Of a DNA stretch of 64,000 nt, positions 1 through 12,226 are shown in pieces. The notes under the pieces were generated by a model. The model saw only the letters and a program-made list of their open reading frames with translations, was not told the origin of the DNA and did no database searches. A program made the position numbers and the translations under genes. Where the stretch lies: NCBI GenBank assembly GCA_012295275.1, contig CM022668.1:1116001-1180000 (forward strand), in the 5' to 3' direction. Position 1 is the first letter of the stretch, and each line of letters begins with the position of its first letter. This stretch comes from Chrysomallon squamiferum (Eukaryota > Animalia > Mollusca).

Positions 1-925
1 TGTGCGGACTTCCAAGTCCGTCTAATTATATTTCGTAGTCTTAGACGACGAGAAGAACGCAAAGAAGACGACTACGACGACACGGAAACAGCTACAAGTG
101 GTAATTAACAGTGTCACTGTAGAATGAGTTAAAAGGGACAAAACTACTCAGTAGCTTACTTTCATTCCTAAAATTACTTGTTGTTATTGTTAATTCTTTA
201 TGCATCTCGTCATTTCAACTTGTTTTTTGTCAGTGTCATTACTCGAACGTGCCAGGTGGTCACGTGATGATTGTCAATACTTTAACCGATTTGAAGTACG
301 CTGGAATGCACGAACTAACTTTTTAGTACATTACAAAACATCTTCTTTGTTGTTACAACGCAGCAAAACGGCTTTCCGTGATATTATTTGAAATTAATAT
401 CTTTAGATTAATTATTCTGTATCGAGTTACATCTCTCACTTGCAGAGAGAAATTAAGTAAAAAAAAAAAAACAGCAAAACCGATTATCGTTAGGATATTT
501 ATACATTTTCACGTATATAATTTAATTTTTTTCGTTCGATCAAATCGTCTAAAATCCACGTATTATATAATTCAAGATACTGATAAGAATGAAATTATGA
601 GTGTTGGGTGAATGCAAAAACAAAATATTGTCTAAGAGATAATGGTTGATGTTATTAAAGTATTTGAAAAAAAGTGATATTCACAAAGAGTTAAATTTGA
701 CTGAGATAGATTGCACCATTTAGACAGGATGGATCTTTTTAATATCTATGATTCAAGTTTATTTCTTTCCTGTAAAACCAAATTATGTAAGGTATTAATA
801 TGTTTCATAGACTTTGCATCAGAGAATGAATGTTAAGTAAATACTTTCAGTAGCAACCCTCTCCTATATTTGGTTTACCAACAGCCGAAACATTCCTACT
901 GCAAGTCGACAAGCGTAACCCAGAG

Positions 926-926
926 C

Positions 927-965
<39 letters not shown>

Positions 966-977
966 AATAATAATAAT
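926..977. repeat. (CAA)n(TAA)n microsatellite
   Basis: Direct reading. Confidence 0.95.
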
Positions 978-3900
978 ATCATCTTCTTGTGATTGTTATT
1001 ATTACATAAAATTAAGACTGATACATTAAAATAGATAATAATTCCTATATGTTTTACTAATTAACTATGTAAATTGTTTAAATTAAACAATGGTTTCCAG
1101 TATAAGCAAATTTATAGAAAATAGTGGTCTGAAAGAATTTTTTTAACATGGATTCTCTCCGCCTCTGTGCATATGAACCTGACTATAAAACAGCATAATT
1201 CAGTGTGCACCAGTCTCTAAACAAGACTGAAACTGTCACAGCCTGTTTTCAAACAGTTAAATCATGATTAGATGTGACGTATTTAAATGCAAATTGGTGA
1301 AGAGCGTTTTTGTCGAAACTGAAAAGTTAATTTGCTGACTTTTATTTTTTTTACAGTAAAACAACTAGCAAGTCCCATCATCACACATAATATTATGTAA
1401 ACTTTGTTAGTTTCTCATCTATTACATTTCTGAGAATAATTCTAATGTTAAAATCCAGTGACATTTGAAAACCATATCTGATATCTTTTTAAGAAAAACC
1501 TGTTTCTCACTTTATTGATTTAACTATTTTTGTATTCATCATCACTCGTCAATTATGTGATATCTGATTGCTGTTTGGCATTTTATTTTAAAATTTTAAA
1601 GTAAAATAATATTAATAACAAATTATTAAGAATTTGTTTTATTTTCCAAAAAGTTTATATATTACAAACCTTTACTCCTTGTTTATAAGATGATGCAGAG
1701 AATTTCGCATCTTACTTGATTGTTATTATTGTTATTATTAAAAATTATACATAAACCTGATTCTTCATACTTATTTTGGTTAAATAAATGTTCATTTTAA
1801 TGTTATAAGTGGATCTGTTTGATTTCTAACTCGACTTCTAACAGTACATGTAATCTGAGTTTCTGATTCTTTATTTGAAAAACACGACTCACTGCCTTCT
1901 CCGCAATTAGAGTAATTCATCGAATATTATGGTTTACCTAATCATATTATCTTTAAATTATAGTCACTTTTTTATATATTACTTCCACTAATTTCCAAAA
2001 TCCGCCAACACTGTAGAAACTCGTAACAGATATATAATTATAGTCAACACAGAAGCAATTCAATAACAGTTAAAGATAAAACAAAGCTGCATAAATGTCA
2101 CTTTATTTTTCTTCTTTTTTAACATTTTATCACTGATGTTGATAAATAAAAAAATAAAAAAAATAAATATTCATTAATGAGGAGTCATAAAAATCATTTA
2201 TCGTAGTGTTTGGTTTTTTTTTTTTAACTTTTCATTATTAATTTTTATTAATATGTATACTTTAATGTTGAGTTTTTCTGATATTATATTAAAAGATAAT
2301 AACAAAATGCAGTTCTTTCCTGTGATGATGTTTATATTTTATATTTTGGTTTTGAAATTTGTTTTTTCTTTAAATAACAAATCATTGTTCATTACTCATT
2401 TCTTTCCTCCAGAATTAATTAATTAATTGACATAAATAAAATAAATCTTTTGGAAGTGTTTTTAGTATTTAAATCTAGTTAGTTAAATAAGCTAAATAAT
2501 TCTACGCCAAAGGACGACACGGCTGCTAAACGTCAAGTGGACGGAAATGTCATTTTGTTGGCTTCTGGCGCATTCTACAATTAACACTGATAATTAATAA
2601 CAATGTACGCAGTGTAGCTGAAGATGTTCTCATTAGTTAAAAACTGAAATATAATTATTTTCAGAAGCATTAAGCAGAGTTTGAAAGAGACGAGTAAGTC
2701 AGTGGCCAGTTTGAAGGGTGCGCAGCTGATTAGATGAATATTCCCAGCTGTTAATTACCTATTTGATAATAACATAAGCTAGAGAGTGGACACCTGAGAA
2801 AACGCCAGTGATTAAGAAGAAGAAAATAAGTAGTGAGATGTTGTAGACGTCGCTAAAGTCGCGTTTCCGGGCACAGAAACGTGCGCGCACCAAATACAGT
2901 CACGATCTCTAAACCTATCCGTTTTATCGTGTTTCTTGAAAATAACTATCATGATACTTTTACATACTTAGAAATGTGTGCACGAAAAACCAGGCCTGAT
3001 TTCTGTAAATACTTTTAATACATTCAAAGTTTATGTTGTCAAAGTGAACTTGAACTTGAAAAAATATATAACGTCAAAGATTTACAAATGGCAGTGATAG
3101 TCGTGCTGAATGCTTCTAACTTTGTCACAGCTTTGTAAAACATTTTAACGTTTAGTAACATTTGTTACATGATAGAACTCTTACACTTTGACTCCCACTT
3201 TTACTATCAAGTTAATTACAGATTACAATTAATAAAACAGACATTCAGACTTAAAAAGAAAAAAACGAGAAAAGAAGAAAAAAGGTTTTTACTTCAATAT
3301 GTTTTAAAAAAGAAGAACGGTTTATTTGTACCTAAATGATTATAACAGATAACAATAAAACTGGCATATTGGTGATATGGCTCAATGATAATGATAAAGC
3401 TATTTGTGATTAATCTAAACTAATGATAAAGCTGGTAGGATATAATTTCAAAAATTGGCTTCACGTAAAAGCCTCGGATAACCGGTAAGTGACTTCAAAC
3501 AATAGATTTAACTAGATACCCTCAGAGAGATGTGACATAAGTTACTTTACCTCAACCCGGTCATTAATTACAGAGTCATGACGTGTTACAGCATACAGAT
3601 ATTATCAGTGAAAAGAATTACTGGTGAACTGGGAGACCCCTTTTACATATATCTGTACAAATTACACTGTTAATGAAAAAGAACAAGGAAAAAAAAAATA
3701 ATAATAAAAATAATAAACAAATAAAATGTTAAATAAATAAAAAAGAACAAGTTTCTAGGAACTTTTCAATTTTAACTAATGCCAAATAATGTCATTTACT
3801 ATTAAATTTGTTTATATAATTTGCTTTATGAATCTAGTTCCGTTTAGTAGTTAATATTTAGTTATTCGTATTAGTTGTTTTGGGGTTTTTTAGGGTTTTT

Positions 3901-5142
3901 TTGAAGGGCTAGTTTTTGTTGTTGTTGTTGTTGATGTTTCATTTAAATTATCATACCTTCCTGAAATGAGTATCCTTTGTTTTATTGACTATATAATTAT
4001 ATTGAACATGCTGTTGCGATCTTTTAACCGATGAATTTATTGTCCGTCTTTCTTTGTGTGGTTTATTATTTCTGCTATGATATTATTTTCTGACTTTTCC
4101 ATCTGTTTATTATTTTCTGCTGGCTTTAGTTATTACTTATAGCAATTTTGGTTTCTTCTCTTCAGCTTTTGTCATTTGTTTTCAACTACAGAAGATGTCA
4201 TATGGATTATTTTCAGACTGTTGATGTTAAAAATACAAAGATTTCTTTCATCGGAAACTGGGGTCTATGTCCAGCTCGGGTTAAAACACGAGCCTTGTAC
4301 CACCATTACTGCTGATACTAACACTGCTGTTTTATTATTACTGTTTTCTTATTTTTACTTCTGCTTATACTATTAATTGTTGTAATAAGTAAATAATAAA
4401 TACTCTGATATAAAACAGAAAATAGCAATAAATTACTGACTGTTGATGACAAAAGATAATTGTTTTAAAAGAAAAAAAACCCCTCAAATTCGCCATTTGT
4501 TCACTCAAATATTTAGCTAAAAAAAGAATTCCATATTTGCATCTGGCAAAGATGATGTATCACTTCTGAAATAAGCCAAATTTCTTTTAAGTAACTGTTT
4601 TGGTGTATTAACTGCTGTCAGTGTTTTTTTATTCTTTAATTTGTAGCTAATCCGTCCAAGTATCAAAAGCTCCGATGTAGCCATTAGTAAGAGCCAGCTG
4701 TAATTGGTGCACTGAGCTCTCGTACAGGCGAGATTTCCAAACGTGACGTTTAAGTCCGTTGCTTATTTGTATTATTGAGAAATATTACAGACTGTTACGT
4801 TCACTTGCACGCAGTACAGACTTATAAATACTTGTAAATGCGGCGCAAAGCCACATCGCTCTCTTAATTCTTCTTGTAAATCAAAAATGTACGCTAACTT
4901 CGATCGCAGATGAGATTTGCTGAATGAAAGATGGTTTATTTAGGTCATTAATAGTATTATTTGACCAGAAGCCGGGATCAGACAGGTAGCAGGGTCAGAT
5001 GTTTAAGCAGTTAATCTTCAACCCGGCTACCAGTGATTTTTGCACACGATTTTATATTTGGAAATGTCAGGTGTCTGAAAGAATTTATTACAGTCCAGAA
5101 CTTCTATTTATAAAGTGAAAAATAGGTTATTATTAACAATAA

Positions 5143-5188
<46 letters not shown>

Positions 5189-5217
5189 TATATATATATA
5201 TATATTTTTTTTTTTTT
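5143..5217. repeat. (AAT)n(AT)n(T)n compound microsatellite
   Basis: Direct reading. Confidence 0.95.
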
Positions 5218-5749
5218 AAAGTATAGAAAGAAATGCAATATTTGGCTTAAGACTTTCAAATCTACCGTCATCATTTTCGTAATAGTAAATATTTCTTGTC
5301 CTGGTTCAGTTAATATTTTAGATCCGATATATCTTCTCTATACATAAATGTGCAAATGTCTGTTACAGACATGCTGTTTAACTGGTAAGGTTTTGTGTAT
5401 AGATGTATCTGTAGCAGATTAACCTGTTCTCAGCACTAATCACAATTAGTCTTTTTATTACAGAACTGTTCTGTGCATGTTTATAAAATGCATTCGAAAA
5501 ATATAAACAATGTGCCAAATTATCTGAGACAAAAATATTAGGCACGTCGTTGCTGCTGCTGCTTTTGTTGTCGTTATACTGACAATAACATAAAAAGAAA
5601 GAAAAGAAAAACAACACCAAAAAAATAGTTTTGAAAACAGATTTGCTAAAATCGAATTCTGGTGTTAACCGAAATTAAATATAAAAGTTTGGTATTTTAT
5701 AAATTTGGATACAACAGATTTCAAGTTTCTTTTTTACTTTCATTTTTGT

Positions 5750-5751
5750 TT

Positions 5752-5802
<51 letters not shown>

Positions 5803-5804
5803 TT
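5750..5804. repeat. (TTTA)n microsatellite
   Basis: Direct reading; explains spurious ORF 5662..5958. Confidence 0.95.
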
Positions 5805-7741
5805 TTGTTTTGCTTTATTTTATTTTTATTTTATTATATTGTATCTTTGGTTTTTCTTCAACTTCACATCTCTCCATATAAACAACACATTATTAAACTT
5901 TTCAAATATACTTTTTCTCTCAGTTATTCCCTCATTACATTTTCTCAATCGATTTTAATATAGAAGACCTTTAAATTATACAATCATTGTTTCGTTTTTC
6001 TAAAGAGTAAAACTAATTATTGATCGATTGCAGTAGCAAAATCCAAAAACTTGTTATTCAGCAAATAGAAACAATATTGAAACGAAATGCCAGTGAGAAT
6101 TTGTAAAATGTTTATTATAACAAAAATACTCACAAAGGACACTGTCATTCACGCCAGGAATGTGTGTACGCCAACAGAAGAAATATCACCTTAAACCAAA
6201 CAGCATCCAAAAAACAAACCCTGCGTTTAAAACTCAAATATCTTAGTTGAGTTATCATTTAGATCTTTTCTTTATTCAGAATAATTAGAAATGAATACCC
6301 GTATTTACAGTATCCAGTATATTAGTAGTAATGTATATTAGAGCTGACTTCCTCTGTTCTGTTTATTAAAAAGTACATGCACTACTGTGAAGACTTTAAT
6401 AAATACACCGAAGTGTTATAAATGGTGACACGCAACATGTAAAGAAGGCTGACAGTTCAGACTGAAGTATCAGTAATGGCGGCATCTCACTTAACAACCG
6501 ATTCGCTTCGGGGAACAGAACAGAAAGTTAGAAATGCTTGCTCGTCTGTTTGTAGCTATACAATTTAGAAATTATTCTAAACTGTGCTAATTTTAAAAAT
6601 TATTAAATGATTTTCACATTAAAATAAAGCATAGTGATAAATCATACTGAAAAATTATGCGACTAAGATTTAGTACGTGAAGGCGATGAAAAAACAAATA
6701 GGTGATGCTACGGTCCCCATCTGTAGTTTAGACAATGTGATGAATGATCTCACTAACATCAGAGACCGTTCAGACAGTACTGAATAAAAAAATTTAAAAA
6801 ACATATTAAGAGAAGGTGTTGTAGATTGATTTATATAATTTGATTTTTTTTTTTTTTTTCCCATTTGGTTTAAATAAAAAAAAAAAATCATGTTTTCAAA
6901 GTAGCGGTAATAGCAGTATTAATAAGAGAAGCAGCAACAGTGTTGTATTAAAAGCTAATAAAGTTTGAAATGCTTGTCAGATAGTTGAAATAGCGAATTA
7001 TTTAAAATATTAATTAAACATTTAGACAGGTCGAGTGACTGAACTCTTTAGCTAAGTACGTTCACAGTTTTCAAATTGGTGAAAGGCACACGAGGACCGT
7101 CTCTGCGTCATAAGCTGAGTGACATTTATAAGTAGATTAAGTAGAAAATATATTTTATTTCTACGTAAAGGTGTTTGAATCGATCCATTATTAAATTTTA
7201 ATCAAATAAATTTTAGTATGTAAGAACCCGAAATGATATATTTATAAATCCTAACAGAATCAGTAAAAAAAAACCAAAACAACAACAACAACAAAAAAAT
7301 AAAACAAAAAAACAAAAACAAAAAAACAACAACAAAGAAACAAAAAACATTTAAGAGAAATTATTCTGAAACTGTAACTTTCTTTTCTCCTTAGAACAAA
7401 TTATCCATCTGCTATATGGTAAATTTGTTTGACATATTTAACAACAAATGTGTTTATTAATAACTTCCAGTTTAAATATCTTACTTTGAAGTTAACGGCA
7501 ACATTTGGAAATTTAAAAAACGAATCAATTTTCTGTCAACTCTATTTAGTTAAATTCAAGAGTAAGCGAACATAAATATGTGAAATTGAATGAATGCTTA
7601 ATAGATTTACAAATATGAATTACATTTTTTCCTTCAGAATCACATGACTAGTTTCCAGCATGTTTAAAATCTGCCGATCCATGGATTTAATTCATCAACA
7701 GTTGTGATATTGACTAATATTAATCTTTAATGAGCAACCAT

Positions 7742-7787
7742 ACACACACACACACACACAAACACACATACACACACACACTCAACA

Positions 7788-7835
<48 letters not shown>
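7742..7835. repeat. Interrupted (CA)n microsatellite upstream of the CCK/SK coding exon
   Basis: Direct reading. Confidence 0.95.
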
Positions 7836-7840
<5 letters not shown>

Positions 7841-8056
7841 AGAATAGGATTTTTGATTATGTTGTTGTTGTTAGTTATTTATTTTGTCTTGAATATTTTT
7901 AACGTTAGACGTCACGTGCACATTCTTTATTATAGATCATTACTAGTACTGTTATTAGTTGTAGTAGTGATAGTAGCAGCAGCTGCATATGTATGTAATT
8001 ATTAAAATTTTAAATTTATTATTTCAGATTTAACAAGACAAATACAGATAATCACA

Positions 8057-8464
8057 ATGGAACAAATCCGAATTGTTGTGGTCGCGATATTTCTGTCCTG
8101 TATTTACGTCACTGCACTGTCAGCTTCAACAGAAGGGGACATAAGACATCTGATGGAGATTTTGGGAAAACTTAAGAACATCGACAGGAAACGACAGTCC
8201 TCCGAACCGACAATGTGGTCTCGTTATAAAAACATTTCCGCCGACCGACGACTACTTCTGCCAAGTATAGCAGGAAACAGCCAATCCAAGCTTGTGAAAG
8301 AGCCACGTGACAGTGAAGCTACTGACATGCGCAAAAGACAAGGCTCTTGGACTTACGACTACGGTCTTGGCGGTGGTAGATTTGGCAAAAGAAATTTCGG
8401 CGACTACGGCATAGGAGGCGGACGGTTTGGCAGAGATGTTGACCACGTCGATCTCTCCGACTGA
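8057..8464 (+). CDS. CCK: Cholecystokinin/sulfakinin (CCK/SK)-type neuropeptide precursor, 135 aa, single coding exon
   Basis: Hydrophobic signal peptide (MEQIRIVVVAIFLSCIYVTALSA), then KR-QGSWTYDYGLGGGRF-G-KR-NFGDYGIGGGRF-G-R. Two DYGxGGGRF-amide peptides with basic cleavage sites and amidation glycines match the molluscan CCK/SK pattern (pQGAW[S/D]YDYGLGGGRFamide type). An acceptor tttattatttcag ends at 8027, 29 nt before the ATG, so a non-coding exon probably lies upstream. Confidence 0.95.
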   Translation: MEQIRIVVVAIFLSCIYVTALSASTEGDIRHLMEILGKLKNIDRKRQSSEPTMWSRYKNISADRRLLLPSIAGNSQSKLVKEPRDSEATDMRKRQGSWTYDYGLGGGRFGKRNFGDYGIGGGRFGRDVDHVDLSD

Positions 8465-8516
8465 ATAATATGTCATCATGTGACGTTTACAGAGAACGTA
8501 AAATAATGAAATTAAA

Positions 8517-8612
8517 AATAAAATCAGTCACGGAACAAACTCTTATTATAATTTATTTATTTTTATTTTAAGCAAGCTGCGATTCTAGTATTAATTTGAA
8601 CATAAAAATAAA
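8517..8612 (+). terminator. Candidate polyadenylation signals of the CCK/SK gene
   Basis: AATAAA at 8517-8522 and 8607-8612 downstream of the stop. Weak evidence because the hexamer is common in this AT-rich DNA. Confidence 0.35.
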
Positions 8613-11600
8613 AATATTTTGTTATAGCCACTGAAGTTTTATTTCATCATCATCGTCACCGTCACCATCATGTTTATTAACAATTATTATTATTATTGGG
8701 TTGTTAGGTATAATAGTTAATCTAATACCACATTTATTTGGCTTTATGATCAGTATGCAGTAAAAATATTAAATAATATAAAGCATTTATTAAAAAATTC
8801 ACTAAATACAATTCTTTCCTCTTTTTTTTTCTTTTTTTTTTTTTCAAATTTTAATTATATATAAATAAATTTTCGCGTAATTTAGTAAACGTCAGTATAC
8901 ATACCACAACGTATTACAACATCAGCTGCAACATTTTACAAAGTTCTGTATGATCCACGACAATGGGGTTACTAAGATGTTATGACAGTAGAATACAAAG
9001 AAAAACTCACTAAGGTGCCGTCTTTGGCAAATTAATATTCATAAAAACAGTTTAAAAGGAAAACCTGCGTTCAGAGGTTAGTGAACGAACTCACGACTGA
9101 TGGCGGCGAAATACGGTCCAGACGAGAAACGATTTATTTATCAAAAACACTCTTTATACAGATTAAAATACATATCAATACTCTATCTATCCGTCTGTCT
9201 GTCTGGTTATGTGTCTGTCTATCTGTCTCACTGCCTGTATGTCTGTTTGTGTCTGTCTGTGTATCTATCTGTCTATCTCTATATATATATGTATGTATTT
9301 CCTATTTATAGCCAGAAATAACGACCAAAAAAAAAACACAATAATAATAATAATAATAAAACAACAAAAAAAACCCCAGAAATTATTAAGAAAGAAATGT
9401 ATATATAGCACAGGCAGCTCTCGTTTAGACAATAATATTAACCTTTAAAACTTTTTATAATCACTTAAGAGTATCGGTTTCAGTCATTATAGTTTTTATG
9501 ACATCTTATTGTTATAATTTCCAATAATGATCAAATAATGTTTTATTTCTTTATCTTTTTTCATCAGATTTTCACATGGCATTTAATAAATCTTATATTG
9601 TTAGCTAATTAACCATTTACTGTTTGTTGACTCGGTTTCTTTTAATATCTTCTGTTCTCGGTATCACGAAATAGTATCGCATCTATACCCTGATCTCATT
9701 TCATTTTTGAAATTAACTTCTTAATTTGTTTTCATTAAGATATATTAACACTGCGAGAAAGTCATCCTCTCAAACGACGGATAATAAAGTGATTTTCTGT
9801 TTGGGAAATACTGTAGACCTTTTTATCCCGATTTCAGTGTTAGAAAATTGTCAGTCAAAGAGTTCCAAAGTTATGAATTTTTTTTTTTTTTTTTTTTTTA
9901 AATATTTAATTTTTTGGTGTCATTTTCGCAAAATGTTGTGTTGCCGTAGATTTTTCGCTGTTTCAGGCATCAGAAATAAATAAACTGCTAAAACCCCTCA
10001 CAGAGTTTGTTTCAGTGTGTAACTGACATTTTGCCAAGAAAACGATGATTCATTTACCGAGGTCCACAGACAGACAGACAATGTAAAAATGACGTGTTCC
10101 AGATTTATCACTTAAATAGTAACTTTTTGCGATTAAGTCGACATCTTATGAAAAGACTAATCATTTTGCTCATCAAACATGAACCTTCAAATAGAATTGT
10201 GGAGGTTCTGGTTGAGGAAAATCGACATAATCATCGCTTTCTTGCTCGGAGGGTAACCAGCTTCGGCGGTCATAATGTAATTTCAGTGTTCTTTAAGAGA
10301 GAAAATATTGCTCTTTCCAGTGATATATATTTGAAATGGGCATGTCGATGGAAAATAGGCAAAATGTTAGTTTTCCAACAAGATCTTCTACCGCTTTCGG
10401 GAAGCAAGGACATTTATATTACAAATGAAGCTAAGAAACTGAACTTTTATTTGGTCGAGATTGTTTGTAGAAAGAAACATCACAGAGTTCATGCCGAGAT
10501 GTGCGAGCTGTCAGCTAACCAAGACTCTTCTGAGTGAGATTAAAATTTCTTTTCCTTTTTCCTCACACAATTCTAGGTATAATTAGCGCTCTAAATATAC
10601 AGATAAGACTTGAAATTTTCCATTCCTGAAGTTTTTATTAAAACAGGACCTCAGAGAGAGAATAGATCAAAAGTTCAGAAGTGAGTAAAACAGGTCAAAA
10701 TAAGCGGCAATTAATATAGGCGTTTTCTACTACATACTTATATATATAAGTCAGCTATCGTAAAATTTGAATTAAAAGTTTTTCAGTTAAAATAATTATT
10801 TTACATACATTAACATAGATGAAATATTAGTCATGAAATCAAAAGATTCACAGAAAAAAGTGAAAAATGTTTACACAAAAGCTCACTCAACATTTTTAAT
10901 CTGCAGATACTTGATTAGAAACATTAAAAAATAAGATATTATTATTATTTATTTTCAGATAGGAACGAACAAATTGTTTATGAAATGCACACACATGAGC
11001 AGGATATATAGGACTGACCCTTCAACTATAAAATAAGTTTTCAAAACTAGAGTTATTTACGTTACACACTTGAGACACTCAGTTCGGTAAGCTCGGACTC
11101 GACGCCCGGTTTAACAAAGCAATACACGCACGTCTTATCGCAGAGGATAGATTTTATAATTACGTGAAAATGGAAATAACAGAAATATATACAGATTTTT
11201 AACATTTCTTCTTATATAATTCAGATAAATTCAACTTACATATTTCCCGTTCCAGCCAATGATCCATGTTCTTTCGTAAAATTCCATGTAATGTTTTTTT
11301 CCTGTTTAAAGAGTGGTTTAGGATCGGACGGTTCTAGAATTTCTAAATATTACCGATGACAGTATATCTCAAGTCTAAAAAGAAAACATTTACAGAATTT
11401 ACAAGCTATGAAGATAAGAATTTAAAATTAAAAAAAATAATTTTTTTAAAGAAACTGAGTGAACAGCAGCGTTAGGTGTTGTATAGTTGATAGTAATGAT
11501 TTGAATCTCCATGTATGCAGAATTTCAGGAAACGGAAAAACTGGTATTTTATTACTTAGTAACATGTTTTTCAGAAGAAAAACAAATTGCTAGGAGACAA

Positions 11601-11662
11601 AGAAAATAAGCTATGATGAAAATTCTTTGAAGATGCATTGGCAAACAAACTAAATCAAATTA

Positions 11663-11826
11663 GAATGTTTCACATGCAGAGACACACGCATTTACAATAA
11701 TCAGTTATACTTTTAAAAATGCACTGTTGTGTGTATGTATGTTGCAGTAATACTATCAGTATTACTGCAACATACATACACACAACAGTGCATGTAAATG
11801 CGTGTGTCTCTGCATGTGAAACATTC
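11663..11826. repeat. Long inverted repeat / hairpin
   Basis: 11719-11754 pairs perfectly with 11758-11793 (36 bp, 3-nt loop ATC). 11663-11696 pairs perfectly with 11793-11826 (34 bp). 22 nt (11697-11718) are unpaired on the left arm only. Confidence 0.95.
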
Positions 11827-12037
11827 CTTAAAAGGCATAAATATGTAACTGCTTTTCCTCAATACAAATAATATATTATATAATAATAAACAGAAATAAT
11901 AATAATAATAAAATTAAAAAAAAAAAATATTTTTTTTTAGTTTGGATGTTTTTTGGCTGAGATGATATTAATATACATTAGTTTATCGAAACTACTCCAA
12001 GCCTCAAACTGGAAGATACCTCATCGATATATTTAGA

Positions 12038-12128
12038 TTTGCGCGGGAACAAGCAAAAGATCTCAACAACATTCCCGCGAAAAATATCACGTGATAAGTG
12101 ATAGGTCATTATTGGCCGTTATCATTGG
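12038..12128 (+). promoter_or_regulatory. Proximal promoter with two E2F-type sites, a palindromic E-box and two inverted CCAAT boxes
   Basis: TTTGCGCGGGAA (12038-12049) and TTCCCGCGAAAA (12072-12083) in inverted orientation. TATCACGTGATA perfect palindrome (12085-12096). ATTGG at 12111 and 12124. All lie in a CpG-containing patch 100-190 nt upstream of the ATG at 12227. Confidence 0.7.
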
Positions 12129-12226
12129 CTTATTGCCGAGGTCAAACTTCCCTCATGGTTGTTGTGTTTACAAACAAGAGAAAATTGTCGGCAGTGAAAA
12201 ATAGTTAACTAATTTGGATTGTCATC

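Noticed and set aside
200-8005. Short ORFs in the track upstream of the CCK/SK gene (200..391, 378..611, 4176..4376, 5378..5620, 5662..5958, 6670..6891, 7730..8005)
   Set aside because: Low-complexity F/I/L/Y/K or HT-repeat translations arising from AT-rich DNA and microsatellites; no motifs or consistent splice structure.
8252-8479. Antisense ORF over the neuropeptide exon
   Set aside because: Shadow of the real + strand CDS.
9081-9448. Three overlapping ORFs with CLSV/YLSV repeats
   Set aside because: Translations of a (TCTG/TCTA)n simple repeat.
10094-10537. 147-aa ORF in a slightly GC-richer patch
   Set aside because: GTG start, no recognisable domain, and no splice partners found. It could be a decayed transposon fragment, but I cannot support that without a search.
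11070-11145. GC-rich patch considered as a tRNA or SINE head
   Set aside because: No cloverleaf and no convincing A/B boxes.
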